From Vermamoeba vermiformis (Eukaryota): a stretch of DNA of 64,000 nt. Positions 53,062 to 64,000 of this stretch are shown piece after piece (positions within the stretch are counted from its first letter, which is position 1; each line of letters begins with the position of its first letter). The notes beneath the pieces are model-generated. The model made no database searches. It worked only from the letters and a program-made list of their open reading frames with translations, and was not told where the DNA came from. The position numbers were made by a program, and so were the translations under genes. The stretch spans positions 248,001 through 312,000 of the forward strand of contig JBEWZL010000270.1 in NCBI GenBank assembly GCA_045837725.1, written 5' to 3'.

Positions 53062-53649
53062 TTACAAAACCTTGGTGACATCGAAGTCAGAGTAGTAGCT
53101 CAAGTACAAATAGAAGTAGTTGGCAGTAGTGTAGAGGTACATGTTGCCGTCCTTGAATTGAACGAGGGTGGCGCTGTCCCAGCTGTCAGTAAGACCGAGG
53201 ATGATCTTCTTGTTGGGGATGGCCTCAACGAGAGCCTCCTTGATCATCTCATCGGAGCAGTTCTTCTCGAACCTATAAGCATAATTACGTAAGTTACTAT
53301 CAAATGATTTTTTTATGAAATTTAACGGCAGTTGTTTTTTGTGAATTTTGAATTGGGATCGTGAAACAAATTTGATTTCGAAAGATGAGAGATAATATTA
53401 ATATGATACTTACAACTTGACAACAGTGGCGAGGTAGCCGTCGTCGTTGTAGAGGGCCTCACCGAAGCGCTCGTGGTAGCTAGATCCACCCTTGATCAAA
53501 GCAATGACAAAGTCTTCGAACTTGGGGTCGGTGGTGAACTCGAAGTCGACGCCAGAGGCGGCCTTCAACTTGGCGAGGAGAGGAGCCTTCTTAGCCTCAG
53601 CATCGCGGAGGTTCTTCTTGTGAGCAAGGGTAACTTTAGCGTCGGCCAT
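53062..53649 (-). CDS. Small uncharacterised, probably highly expressed protein (about 148 aa); exons 53649-53414 and 53272-53062
   Basis: MADAKVTLAHKKNLRDAEAKK...GYLATVVKL|FEKNCSDEMIKEALVEAIPNKKI...FKDGNMYL...; canonical intron; actin-like codon bias (C-ending codons, AAG, GAG). Confidence 0.85.
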
Positions 53650-54216
53650 TGTTAGATTGTTGAGTTGTTGATTGTTCTTTAGTTTTGAACTGAATGAATA
53701 GAACGATGGTAACCGATTGCTATTTATCCTTGGCCCTTCTAACAAATATCTTAGGTTTGAGAAATTTCCTTTGTGACAGGTTGTGAAGAAATGTGAATCT
53801 GTCAGAAAAAACTACGATTACGAAGAGTTTATCGATGCGATTGGCTTAATAACGACTATTTATGATCCAAATAGACATGCCTATTGATAGATCTAGTTAA
53901 TTTCGATAATTTCAAACGCGGAGTCAGCGGATTAGCTGAAACGTGGTCGAAAAGCCACAAATAGAAGTCATTTGATTTATTTGACAGTTCACAATACCTA
54001 TCAAAAATAATAGATTTGCCTACAGTGCGGCAAGCCAAAGCTTAAATCATCGCTCGCAAGACTTGACGATCGAAGGGTTATTATTCAATTTTATAGGCAT
54101 TGCCTGATCCATCGTCGAACCTCGAAAACAGCAATAGCAGACCACACAATTACCATCGCACACCCAGAATAGGTTAAGAATGTCAATTAATGACCTATGT
54201 TCTAGAAGGCTGGCTT

Positions 54217-54312
54217 GGGAATGGTCTTGTCCCTATGAATCACGTCGTGGGACGGGCCCGTCCCTTTAGATCTGACGCTATGTGGGGGACAAACTGTCCC
54301 CTAAATCACGCG
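54217..54312. repeat. Three spaced GGGA(C)...(G)TCCC inverted-repeat units
   Basis: GGGAATGGTCTTGTCCC (54217-54233), perfect palindrome GGGACGGGCCCGTCCC (54249-54264), GGGGACAAACTGTCCCC (54285-54301). Confidence 0.7.
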
Positions 54313-55135
54313 GCATAACAACGTATTCCGCGGTGTTGATTCAAGTTGGTTGTGGACGAGATCTGCGTTGAGAGGAGGACTGGGCAGCAGTCCGTTCTTG
54401 AAGATCTGACCCATCGCCTTCAAATCCAATTATATTCTGGATTCATCAAGACGAGTGTTCAAGAATGGTCAAGAAAGCTAGCCGACGATACAAGAAGCAG
54501 TACTAATGGTCTTAAAGTTGCAACTGACTTGGCTGGAGGTAAGTTTGACGACTTTCTACTTTTATTCGGCATTACGAGCTCCAATATTGGAATTCCAGCT
54601 TAATAGCACTATAAATAAACGAGGAGTTTACAAGATCAATAGAAATGTCGAGTACTAAGCGTTACGCGTGAATTTCCGTGGATCGACTTGAATTCAAAGA
54701 TTTTCGTTTTTTTGAATCTTCTCAAGCAATATTGCGCTCAAACAACAACATAGTTCATTACACAATGCATAATCAAGCTTAATTTCGCGATCTAATCGAG
54801 TAACCGCAGAACTGCGGATCGAGTCATACTGTATAATTCTTCAACTTCGAATTATTACAAGCTTTCGTATCAAGGTTTTGGTCGCGCTTATATCTTCGAG
54901 ATTGTAATTTAGATTTCAAAAGTCGTTGCTTCTTTCATTCATTTCCAAAACTGAGACCAAGATCTTGTAGCGGTAGCGCCTTTTATCCTCGAAGTTTACC
55001 TATCCACAACGACGATATCGCAAGTCACTGATACGTTCTTCGAAGATCCACTGCCTGATAGGGAAGACAAGAGCACGTGCTCGAAATGAAAAAACGACAA
55101 AATTTGGCAGAGTCACAAACAGTTACAATTTTGCA

Positions 55136-56102
55136 ATGTCAGCAACAACGAGTGCTACACCTGGTGTAGTAAATCATAAGCTCTCGTGGGAGGAAATAGC
55201 GCAGTTGATTGCAACAGATGTGACTCTATTAGGCAGACTACCCGCTGATCTTCAGGTAATAATAAGAATTTAACGAATAATAAATAATGCAGCGGTACAA
55301 TATAATATCCGTTAATTACTGGATAATTTTGTATGCAAATTGGCGCCAATAACAATAATTATTTACTAATATTTATTATTTAGCATTATCGTGATCGTAG
55401 GGCGGAGATATTATCAGAATTTGCTACGATGGGCGACTATGTATTTTATAAAACATTTAATATGCCTGTAAGTATACAAATATCAATAGTAATTTATCTT
55501 TGGATTGACCTGTCAAGGAATTGCCTACTAACCGCTAAATAACGCGATATTTAATTTAATTATTTATTCGCGCCACTGATTTATATATTAGGTAATTTTG
55601 GGACCGGATGGCAAAAAGATTGCAGATGTATCGAAAAAAGCAGATGCACAACAAATTTTATTCGAAAAGAACGATTTTCCTTACGGCATAGAAGAAAATA
55701 TAGAACACGTAAGTTATATTAATGAAGAATTATACCAAAATAGGCAATTAATCGTACGATTTAGAACCTCATCTGGAGTTTGACACCACTTTCAAGCGAA
55801 GAGATAATGGCTATTGCCACCAAAAATTTGCCTAATCACGAGGTAAATATCTATTTTTAAACTTTAATAGCATATTGGTGAACAGGCGAAGTCCTGCCTA
55901 CGTCAGCAGGCGGATCTGATCAACGATCTTGGTGATACTTTCCGTGGCTTGATATGCTCGTTTTTAGCGCATAAATATTTAGTATTAATATTAAGTATAT
56001 TATAATTTATAGTTTCAATGGTTCATTAATCCTCCAGCAACGCAAAGTGTCAAAGAAATTTTTCACGCGCATATCTTTTCTCGACGAAAGCAACACTGCT
56101 AA
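55136..56102 (+). CDS. DUF3605 (Gig1-like, HIT-like) protein, multi-exon
   Basis: LSWEEIAQLI...LLGR, NDFPYGIEENIEH|NLIWS, WFINPPATQSVKEIFHAHIF. Confidence 0.88.
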
Positions 56103-56280
56103 GGGTTTTAGTAAGTTAAAATAGCACGCGTAATATACATCTTATCGGGTACTAATATGCAATCTTATATAGAAACCTTTTTTGACACTAGATCTAGCGC
56201 CTCAACGCGATTTTCAAATAAAATGTGAATAAAGAAACAGCTGTCATATTTTTGCAACCCATTTCAAAAGAAATACGAAT

Positions 56281-57056
56281 ATGCAACAAGTCGAGGGATG
56301 GGATTATCTTATTAAGGTATATCATAGTATACGTTGGTGATAAATCCAGATCGATCTGACGTTATTTTTCAGCTGTTGGTTGTCGGCTCTTCAAAGAGCG
56401 GCAAGTCAAGCTTAATAAGAAGATTTATCATGGGCGAAGAAGGCTATGCAACTAACCCCATGAATAACGAAGATTTTGTAAGTCAGATCGAAATTTTCAA
56501 TCCTTGATCGGGTCTAATTAACTCTGCGAAGTTTGTGAAGAATATTGTGTCGCCTTATACGTCCAAAACGGTTCGTCTGCAAGTATTTGAATACTCAGGA
56601 TTGACAGGGTAAGTCGGTAAATTATAGAATTAATAGATTTGTTTTTGTAACGGATGCGATTTCAGGACAGAGTCGCTTTATCGAGGAGTAGACGGAGCCA
56701 TAGTCGTATATGATTGTACTGATAATGATGCTCAAAGAACTATCAGCGACTATTTTGACTTGATCCATCGCTACTCGCCGCACAATGTGAAGGCTCTTCT
56801 TGTAGCTACTAAAACGGATCTGAGAGCATGCTTACCGTCAAGTATACAATATAGAACGGACATATTAAACCAAAAGGACTATTTGTATGCGGAAACAAGT
56901 GCGAAAGAGAACCTGGGAGTGGATGCAGCCTTCTTCAAAATAATCAGATCCATCGAGCAAGAATTTGCTTCGAAACAAAAGAACAATAACGATAATACTA
57001 GCGAGATCATAGGCGACCAACCAATACAAAAAAGGAAGCTTTGCGTAATCTGTTAA
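56281..57056 (+). CDS. Divergent Rab-family small GTPase, 4 exons
   Basis: DYLIK|LLVVGSSKSGKSSLIRRF (G1), LYRGVDGAIVVYDCT, VATKTDL (G4), ETSAK (G5), C-terminal CVIC. Confidence 0.85.
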
Positions 57057-57440
57057 CAAAAATGCATAAAGTATACGGATGCTTCGAATGAACCAGTGTG
57101 CCAGCTATTGATTGAACTGCCTGCGAGTAGAAACGATAAATCTTATTAATATATATCAAAGAAGTCGTACTGGTATGTTGTCTTGTAACCCGCTTTGATT
57201 CTAATTGACCGATAGGACGAAGATCTGCCGGGCTCGACATTGCGACTCTTAAAGGTCTTTGAACTACTTCTTCATAAAACAAGAATGTCTTATCATAGGT
57301 AAAGTTGGAAACGACTAAAAATTGGCTTTACTTGAAATATCCATATTTGGAAAGTCGAAAAGATTTTGTAACGAGACTGCAGTAAGTTTTATTATTATTT
57401 TAATTTTTGCTAAGACTGCCAACAAGAAGTGGTACTACAA

Positions 57441-60275
57441 ATGGCGAAAATTACACTAGCCGTTTTATTATTATCTGTATGCTTAATCCAACTCTGTCGC
57501 GCAGCTGCTTTTAGCGCGAACAGCCTGCTGGTTTCTTCCTCATCGGGTTCAACCTATTACATCCAAGAGTACGACACCGCGGGGACCAAAATACAACAAA
57601 TAAGTCTGCCGGCAGGGTAAGCAACTATTTTTAATTCAAGTTCGTTTGATCATTACGTACCGCCAAATCGATTCTCTATTAATAAATTCAAATTTTATTA
57701 TTTTTACTAACGAATTACATTAAATTTTTCAAAAACGGTTTCACCACCGGATTTTATCGAGGAACGTTCCGCCCTAGTCGCGGAACGCGAGTCGCAACAC
57801 CTTCATTTTTCAAATATGTATTTCGCACCAAACAGTTAGTCTTTGAAAGCATTTTGGCTCTGTTTCCTGCGAGGAGCGGATGTGCTCGAAAAAAAAGCTT
57901 ATTAACCCTAATTTTTTAGTATTTCCTGCGCTGGATGCAAATTCAATTTGGACGCTACTGGTGGCATAGCTACACTCGCGGCGTACGAAGGCACCAGTCC
58001 TTTTACCTCCCGTGGCTACACTTTCAACATCCAGGGCCAACGCGTCGACACTACAACGTTAACCTCACAAGCTAGCACCTCTTCAGCTTTTGTTATCGAT
58101 GGTCAAGATAGTTGGTTCAACGTGGGCACGGATATCGTGTACACTTCTCGCGGCACTTCATCTGCCTCGCCAACTACTATCTTTACGTCCGGCTCTTCAA
58201 TAACTAATTTGCAATTGGTTGATGGCACTAAACTTTATGCTCTCATTGGTACCGACGTCCAACTGATGAGTCCGGTGGTCAAATCAGGCAGCGGCACTTT
58301 CTCCAGTGTTGTGAGCGGAGCTAGTGCTTTCTACGTCTACCAAGGCACCACGCTGTACACCTACTCTTCGAACAACCAATACATCAACAAGTACACGTTA
58401 AATGCTCAGGGAACAAGCGCGACATTTGCCTACAGAGTCTACGTGTACAACGATATCCCGACCGTTTACAGCTTGTTCGTCACTCAAGTTTCAGGAACGA
58501 CTTACGTGTTGGCCACATGCAGCGATGGAACATATTCGTATCTTTATCGGTACACGGACACTGGATCAGCTATGAACGGAGTTAAGGGGTTGGATACTGG
58601 AATCGGCTATACCATTTATGCTGTTGGAGGCGCGCCTAAACCAACATGCTCAGACGGATTTAAGAACCAAGATGAAACTGACACTGACTGTGGAGGCTCT
58701 ATTTGCAGTGGCTGTGCGATTGGCAAAGTTTGCACCGGTAATGCAGATTGCAGCAGCAACAAATGTACCAGTGGACTTTGTGGTGAGTTAAAAGCATCAT
58801 ATATCTGCAAGTACTTGTTGGCTGAGACTATTCTTTTGTAGCTGCTTCGTGTACTGATGGCATCAAGAACCAAGATGAGACTGACATTGATTGTGGAGGC
58901 TCTACTTGCTCTAAATGTGCTAATGCTAAGTCTTGCTCATCATCAAATGATTGTACCAGTGGCTACTGCAACGGTGCAAACAAGTGTGGTAAGTAGTGCA
59001 AAGCATTACCCATTGTTGCTAATTATAAATTGTTCAGCAACTCCAACATGCTTTGACAGTGCCAAGAACCAAGATGAGACTGATGTTGACTGTGGTGGAG
59101 TCACTTGCTCAGCTAAATGTGCTATTGGCAAATCTTGCTCTGTTAATGGAGATTGCAGCAGCAACAAATGCACTAGTGGACTTTGTGGTACGTTTTCAAT
59201 GCTAACTAACTGCAGACTGTACTAAGTTCTGTTTGACAGCTGCTTCATGCACAGATGGCATCAAGAACCAAGATGAGACTGATATTGATTGTGGAGGCTC
59301 TACTTGCTCCAAATGTGCCAATGCTAAGTCCTGTTCAACATCAACTGATTGTACCAGTGGTTATTGCAACGGTGCAAACAAGTGTGGTATGTAAATTAAC
59401 AAGATACATAATGATAGCTAACAAGCTTCTTCAGCAACTCCAACTTGCATAGATGGCGTCAAAAATCAAGATGAGACCGATGTTGACTGTGGTGGATCCC
59501 TTTGTGATGGTTGTGCAATTGGTGCTAGTTGCTCTGTCAATGGAGATTGCCTTGGCTCCAATTGTGTCAGCCAAGTTTGTGGTATGAATAATTGCTACAT
59601 ACATTTGCCAATATGTGCTAAAATTGCATTTTTGTAGCTGCTTCATGCACTGATGGCATCAAGAATCAAGATGAAACTGATGTTGACTGTGGTGGTTCAG
59701 CACCTTGCTCCAGGTGTGCTAATAACAAGGCCTGTGTGAAGGCTGCTGACTGTTCAAGCAATTATTGCAACCCTGATAGTGTCTGCTGTAAGATCATTCA
59801 TAATTCTTATAACAATAAGCATTGAACTAACCTCTTTGAAGCCACTCCTTCATGTGCTGATGGATGGAGGAACCAAGATGAAACAGACATTGATTGTGGA
59901 GGATCAACATGTTCCAAATGCTCAGCTGGCCAAGCTTGCACTCAAAACTCTGATTGTGCTTCCAACCTTTGTGCTACAGACACTTGTGGTAAGTACACAT
60001 GATGAGTGTCAAATTTACAAGTATTAATCGTTGTTACAGTTGATGCTCCTGTTTCACCTCCAATTGCATCTCCTGGTTCAGAGCCAGTCGCTGCTCCAGC
60101 TGGATCTCCCATTGCAGATCAAACGCCCAATCAATCTCCTCAAACACCAATTGCCTCGCCAAGTAGCCAAAATCAACCTGCTGCTTCAACCCCAGTTAGA
60201 AAATTAGTGTCAACCGCCTCTGTAGTGGCATCAGTAGGAGGACTTTTTGTCAGCGTTGTTGCTTTGATTTTGTAA
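57441..60275 (+). CDS. Secreted, probably GPI-anchored surface protein, family B copy 1: beta-rich N-terminal domain + 7 Cys-rich NQDETDxDCGG repeats + Pro/Ser stalk
   Basis: Signal peptide; seven CxDGxKNQDETDxDCGGxxCxxC...C...DC...C...C repeats separated by introns; hydrophobic C-terminus [13 protein letters not shown]. Confidence 0.85.
58640..59988 (+). repeat. Seven exon-sized (~150 bp) Cys-rich repeat units, period ~200 bp including the intron
   Basis: Repeated aagaaccaagatgagactga...gactgtgg(a/t)gg cores at about 58661, 58865, 59064, 59263, 59461, 59661, 59870. Confidence 0.9.
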
Positions 60276-62176
60276 ACGCCCATCGTGCGCATAAAAAGAA
60301 CGATCGTTTATTTTTCGTTGTACAACTTAATGAGTCCCGTTGAGTCATCGTAGCTGCCTTCGCGCTTTTGTCGAGAACTTGACGAAATTAATGAAGTTCG
60401 GAATGAAGCATACATTAGTACACGATTACCACAAAACCGCAGTTGGTCATTTCGTCAGATTGCTTGCGACAAAATACAATTTACCAATTGTTTTTAGTTG
60501 AATACGAGACGAGCGCTGCAGAGTAAGCTTGCACGCTATTTGTTTTCTGGAGGCTAACTAGCCGTTTCACTTTGGCACTGCGAGCTGCAGATGTGATCAA
60601 TCAACAAGAAATAATACAGCATGGCATTAATAAAATAGGTAAATATTAGTTCGTATTCGAGGACTCTAATTACTAACGCAGTCTAATGATAATCAAAAAA
60701 ATTTGCAAGATTAATTTAAATAATCTTAAATAACCAAGAACAGCGTATTTTTCAGCTAATAATTCGAGCATAAATGATATTAAATTGGTAATTATTTTAT
60801 GGCGGTTTCCTAATTTTTTTCTTTTTGGTCAGCCGATCACCTGTTCGGAGTGCTCCGCTTTCACGATAGATATCTGTATAAATTTATTAATGGTATGTGG
60901 ACAATAATTTATTCGTACAATGATAATTGCTTCGTGACGCCCGACTAAACTCGATCTAAACCAGAAACCGGTTTTAACAGCACTAGATTAGACTATAGTA
61001 CGAAGACATTATCAAAAGGTAAGTCGTTATTAATGGTCCTTCTTATTCAAGCTAAGCGCCTCTTTTTTGTTCAGATCTGATCTCGTTAACTTCATCACTT
61101 CTCGAACGCAACAAGAGCTTATTTCGCCAGCATATCGATTGCAAATCTATCGTACTGTAGTTGCGATTGAAGCACGAGTCAGCAGTAGTGTTCACGGCCT
61201 TCTCAACGATCAGCGATTGGTTGTCAAGGTTCGTGCTCGTCCAACAGTGCCTACAAGGTACTTACAGCCCATCACTAGGCGAATGTTCGCCCCTCTAGAG
61301 TACTGCGCGATGAGCACTGGATCTCGACCGCTACCACAAACACCTGTCTCTGCTCGTGTGAGCGGATTAGCGACGGTCAACAGCGCTTCAAAAAGTGACA
61401 GCCTCGTCGTGGATCTACGGTCAAGGATTTGCATTGACTATAATACCTATGGAGTTCGACACGGGACCTACAGCGAGACAGAGAATGGATGGACAAAGCT
61501 ATCAGCGATAATGATCGTGAACCTAGCGCGTCAGATGTGACCACGCACAAGCTTTTGTAGTACCGAAACCATTAAATCGAGACTCGTACACGCATTGCAC
61601 GTTCAAGAACCGCCAAAGCTTGCCTAAGACCGAAGTTTAGTGCCCAACAGATCCAGCAATCGAACACAGGTTTGTGATTCAATAGGGTTCACTGCTAGCT
61701 GAGTAAACGAAGATCGTCTTATTATAAAATTAGCAGGTACGATCGTAATTCGATGCTTTGCAATAAATTTTTTCAAATGCTAATGTGTCTTTCTCAGGCG
61801 GGATCTTTCTGGATTGCAAAACGAAACGGATCTTTTTTTTGATGCAAGTATCCTGAAAACGTTATTATACCATAAATCCTGGTTACAAGGAAGGGTCCGA
61901 AAGGGTCAGTAAGCTACACTCGTCGGTCTAAATCCACTAATTTTTTGCAATAGTTGGCTTTCTTGATCGCTCGTTACCCGATGAACGGCTCCTACGAGGA
62001 CAAATTACGGAAAGAGTGCGTATTATCTTGTAAGAATTTGAAACGTGTTGAGCGGCGTGTTCTTTAAACTTTGAAATTTTCCTTTTTTAGTTATTGTAAT
62101 TCATATTTTTAGAACAGAAATCGTTTTCTGATTCAATTGAAAGTAGTCTTTGCTAATCGATACTACAACAGCCTCG

Positions 62177-64000
62177 ATGGCGCGATTAGCTTTAGGACTT
62201 TTTACTTGTTTGTGCTTGCTGCACTTCAGCACATCCGCACCATTCACGAAGAATAGCTTTGTTGTGTCCTCGAGGGACTCCCTAGCGCAATATTACCTAC
62301 AAGAGTACAGTATAAACGGCACAAAATTGCAACAAATCTATTTGCCAACCCCGGGGTAAGCTATAAATTAACGGCCAAATCCAATTTTCAATCCTGACAA
62401 CAAAAAATTCGAACGATTATGAAGCGCAACGAATCGGAGGAATATTAAATATTTTATAGACGCTAATTCTAATTATTTTAACTGTCTAACCGACAATTTC
62501 GTTCGATCTTGCATCCAAATCTAATAATTTTGCAACTAACCTCTATCCCATTAGAGCTTGCATAACTTGCCGGTTCGGTTTGGATGCAACGGGTCTCTTA
62601 CTTTCCATTAACATGTATACTACTGATGCTACCCAATATCACACCCTCGTGCACTTGTACAACTCGCAAGGGGATCTCGTCGAGACTACGGATATTCCAA
62701 CAGGCTCCGAGTTCGTTGGTGATGCCACAGTAGGCAATCAAGAAATTTGGTTGACTTATCGATCGGGCGTTATGTACACAAAGCGAGGTACAGCGGCAGT
62801 GGTCAACTCTAACATTGCTTCGCCCACAGTTTATAATGCCGCTCAACTTCAATTGATTGGCAGCAAATTATACGCCCAAATTGGTCAGCTTTATGCCATG
62901 GATCCTGTGGCTACGACTGGCACCGGCACATTTGTTTCTTTGAATTCTGTTTCGCCACTCTCTGCCACTTGCTATTATATTTATGGAAATGCAATCTACA
63001 GATATGATTCAGGCTATTTGTTCAAGCACACTTTTGATGCCCAAGGAGCTGTTTCTGGCATGTCCGATTACTATCTTCAAATACAAACAAACAATGCTGC
63101 ACCAACTAGTTTGTATGCGATGGCAAGTGAAGGAGTCACTTATGTGTTAATGGTCCTGATCAATGGCTTTGCAAAAGAATATACTTTAGTGCGCTTCACA
63201 GATACTGGAACTCAACTTACCAATCAAGTCACTTTGGATTCAAGCACCACTTATTTTATGCAAGGTGTTGGAAGCTCTCCTAAAATTACTTGCTCAGATG
63301 GCTTTAAAAACCAAGATGAGTCTGACATTGACTGTGGTGGTGCTACTTGTGGCAGTTGCAGCTTGGGCAAAGCTTGTGCAGTTAACAGTGACTGCTCAAC
63401 AGACTACTGCAATTCAACCAAGATTTGTGGTATGTAGTTAAAAGTATCATGCCAGTGATTGCTAACTTGTTTTGTCATAGACACTCCTACATGCAGTGAT
63501 GTCGTCAAGAACCAAAATGAGACTGATGTTGACTGTGGTGGACCTAATTGCAGTCCATGTGCAAATGGAAAATCATGTGACCTTCATACAGATTGCTCCA
63601 GTGGTTACTGTAGTTCATCTAATACCTGTGGTAAGTTATATCAAGTTTCTGTATCTTATTGCTAATTGTTCTGGCACAGCTGATCCAACTTGTAATGATG
63701 GTGCCAAGAACCAAGATGAAACTGACGTTGACTGTGGAGGGCCAACTTGCCTTCCTTGTGAAATTGGAAAAGCTTGCCTATTGCCTAGAGATTGTTTGGG
63801 TGGCTATTGCAATTCAACTCAGATCTGTGGTAAGTCAAAAAGCCGCAAATGTGTTACAGAGGCTGATCAGTATTTCAGATGCCCCTACTTGTGATGATGG
63901 TGTAAAGGACCAAGATGAAACTGATGTTGACTGTGGTGGTGTGACATGCCCTGGCTGCGCCATTGACCAGGTCTGTGTACTTGATGGAGACTGTATCAGC
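62177..64000 (+). CDS. Surface protein family B copy 2, 3' end beyond the window
   Basis: Paralogous signal-peptide exon ([19 protein letters not shown] versus [19 protein letters not shown]), beta-rich exon, and at least 4 [11 protein letters not shown] repeat exons. Confidence 0.85.

Noticed and set aside
54217-54312. Palindromic units as a mini-CRISPR
   Set aside because: Units are not identical, spacers are too short, and the context is eukaryotic; kept only as an unexplained repeat
54346-55080. Possible decayed mobile-element coding sequence
   Set aside because: Frames are stop-riddled and I found no RT, integrase or transposase motif
58640-59988. Regularly spaced repeats with unique spacers resembling a CRISPR array
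   Set aside because: Repeats are ~150-bp coding exons and the spacers are GT-AG introns in a eukaryotic gene; no cas genes

Overview
This is eukaryotic nuclear DNA, not prokaryotic. It is AT-rich and gene-dense, with many short GT-AG introns (often about 50-80 nt), so most ORF-track entries are exon fragments that I re-spliced by hand. The actin sequence and gene content suggest a free-living amoeboid protist (inference). I can support about 27 protein-coding genes. Housekeeping genes are SF3A3 (3' end), an intronless actin, THUMPD1/Tan1, a DUF3605 gene and a divergent Rab. Ubiquitin-ligase adaptors are BTB-BACK, five F-box-LRR genes (four in tandem), ankyrin plus BC-box, LRR-SAM-SAM-U-box and an F-box fused to a pseudo-Rab. 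There are two families of Cys-rich, probably GPI-anchored surface proteins. Several intron-containing genes look bacterial or giant-virus-like: a Cdc123/R2K ATP-grasp, an MpaB/Lcp-type oxygenase, a DUF6939/NADAR-like protein, a CoiA-like PD-(D/E)xK nuclease and a beta-helix protein. A 1462-bp DNA transposon with 124-bp TIRs and an 8-bp TSD is also present. The most striking object is a gene of about 5.4 kb (27770-33196, minus strand) transcribed divergently from actin. It splices into ricin-B lectin x2, a fimbrin-like CH-CH actin-binding domain, a non-canonical isochorismatase-fold domain and a TCAD9/APH-like kinase, i.e. a bacterial-type enzyme pair grafted onto a eukaryotic actin-binding module. 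All family assignments come from motif recognition by eye, not from database searches.
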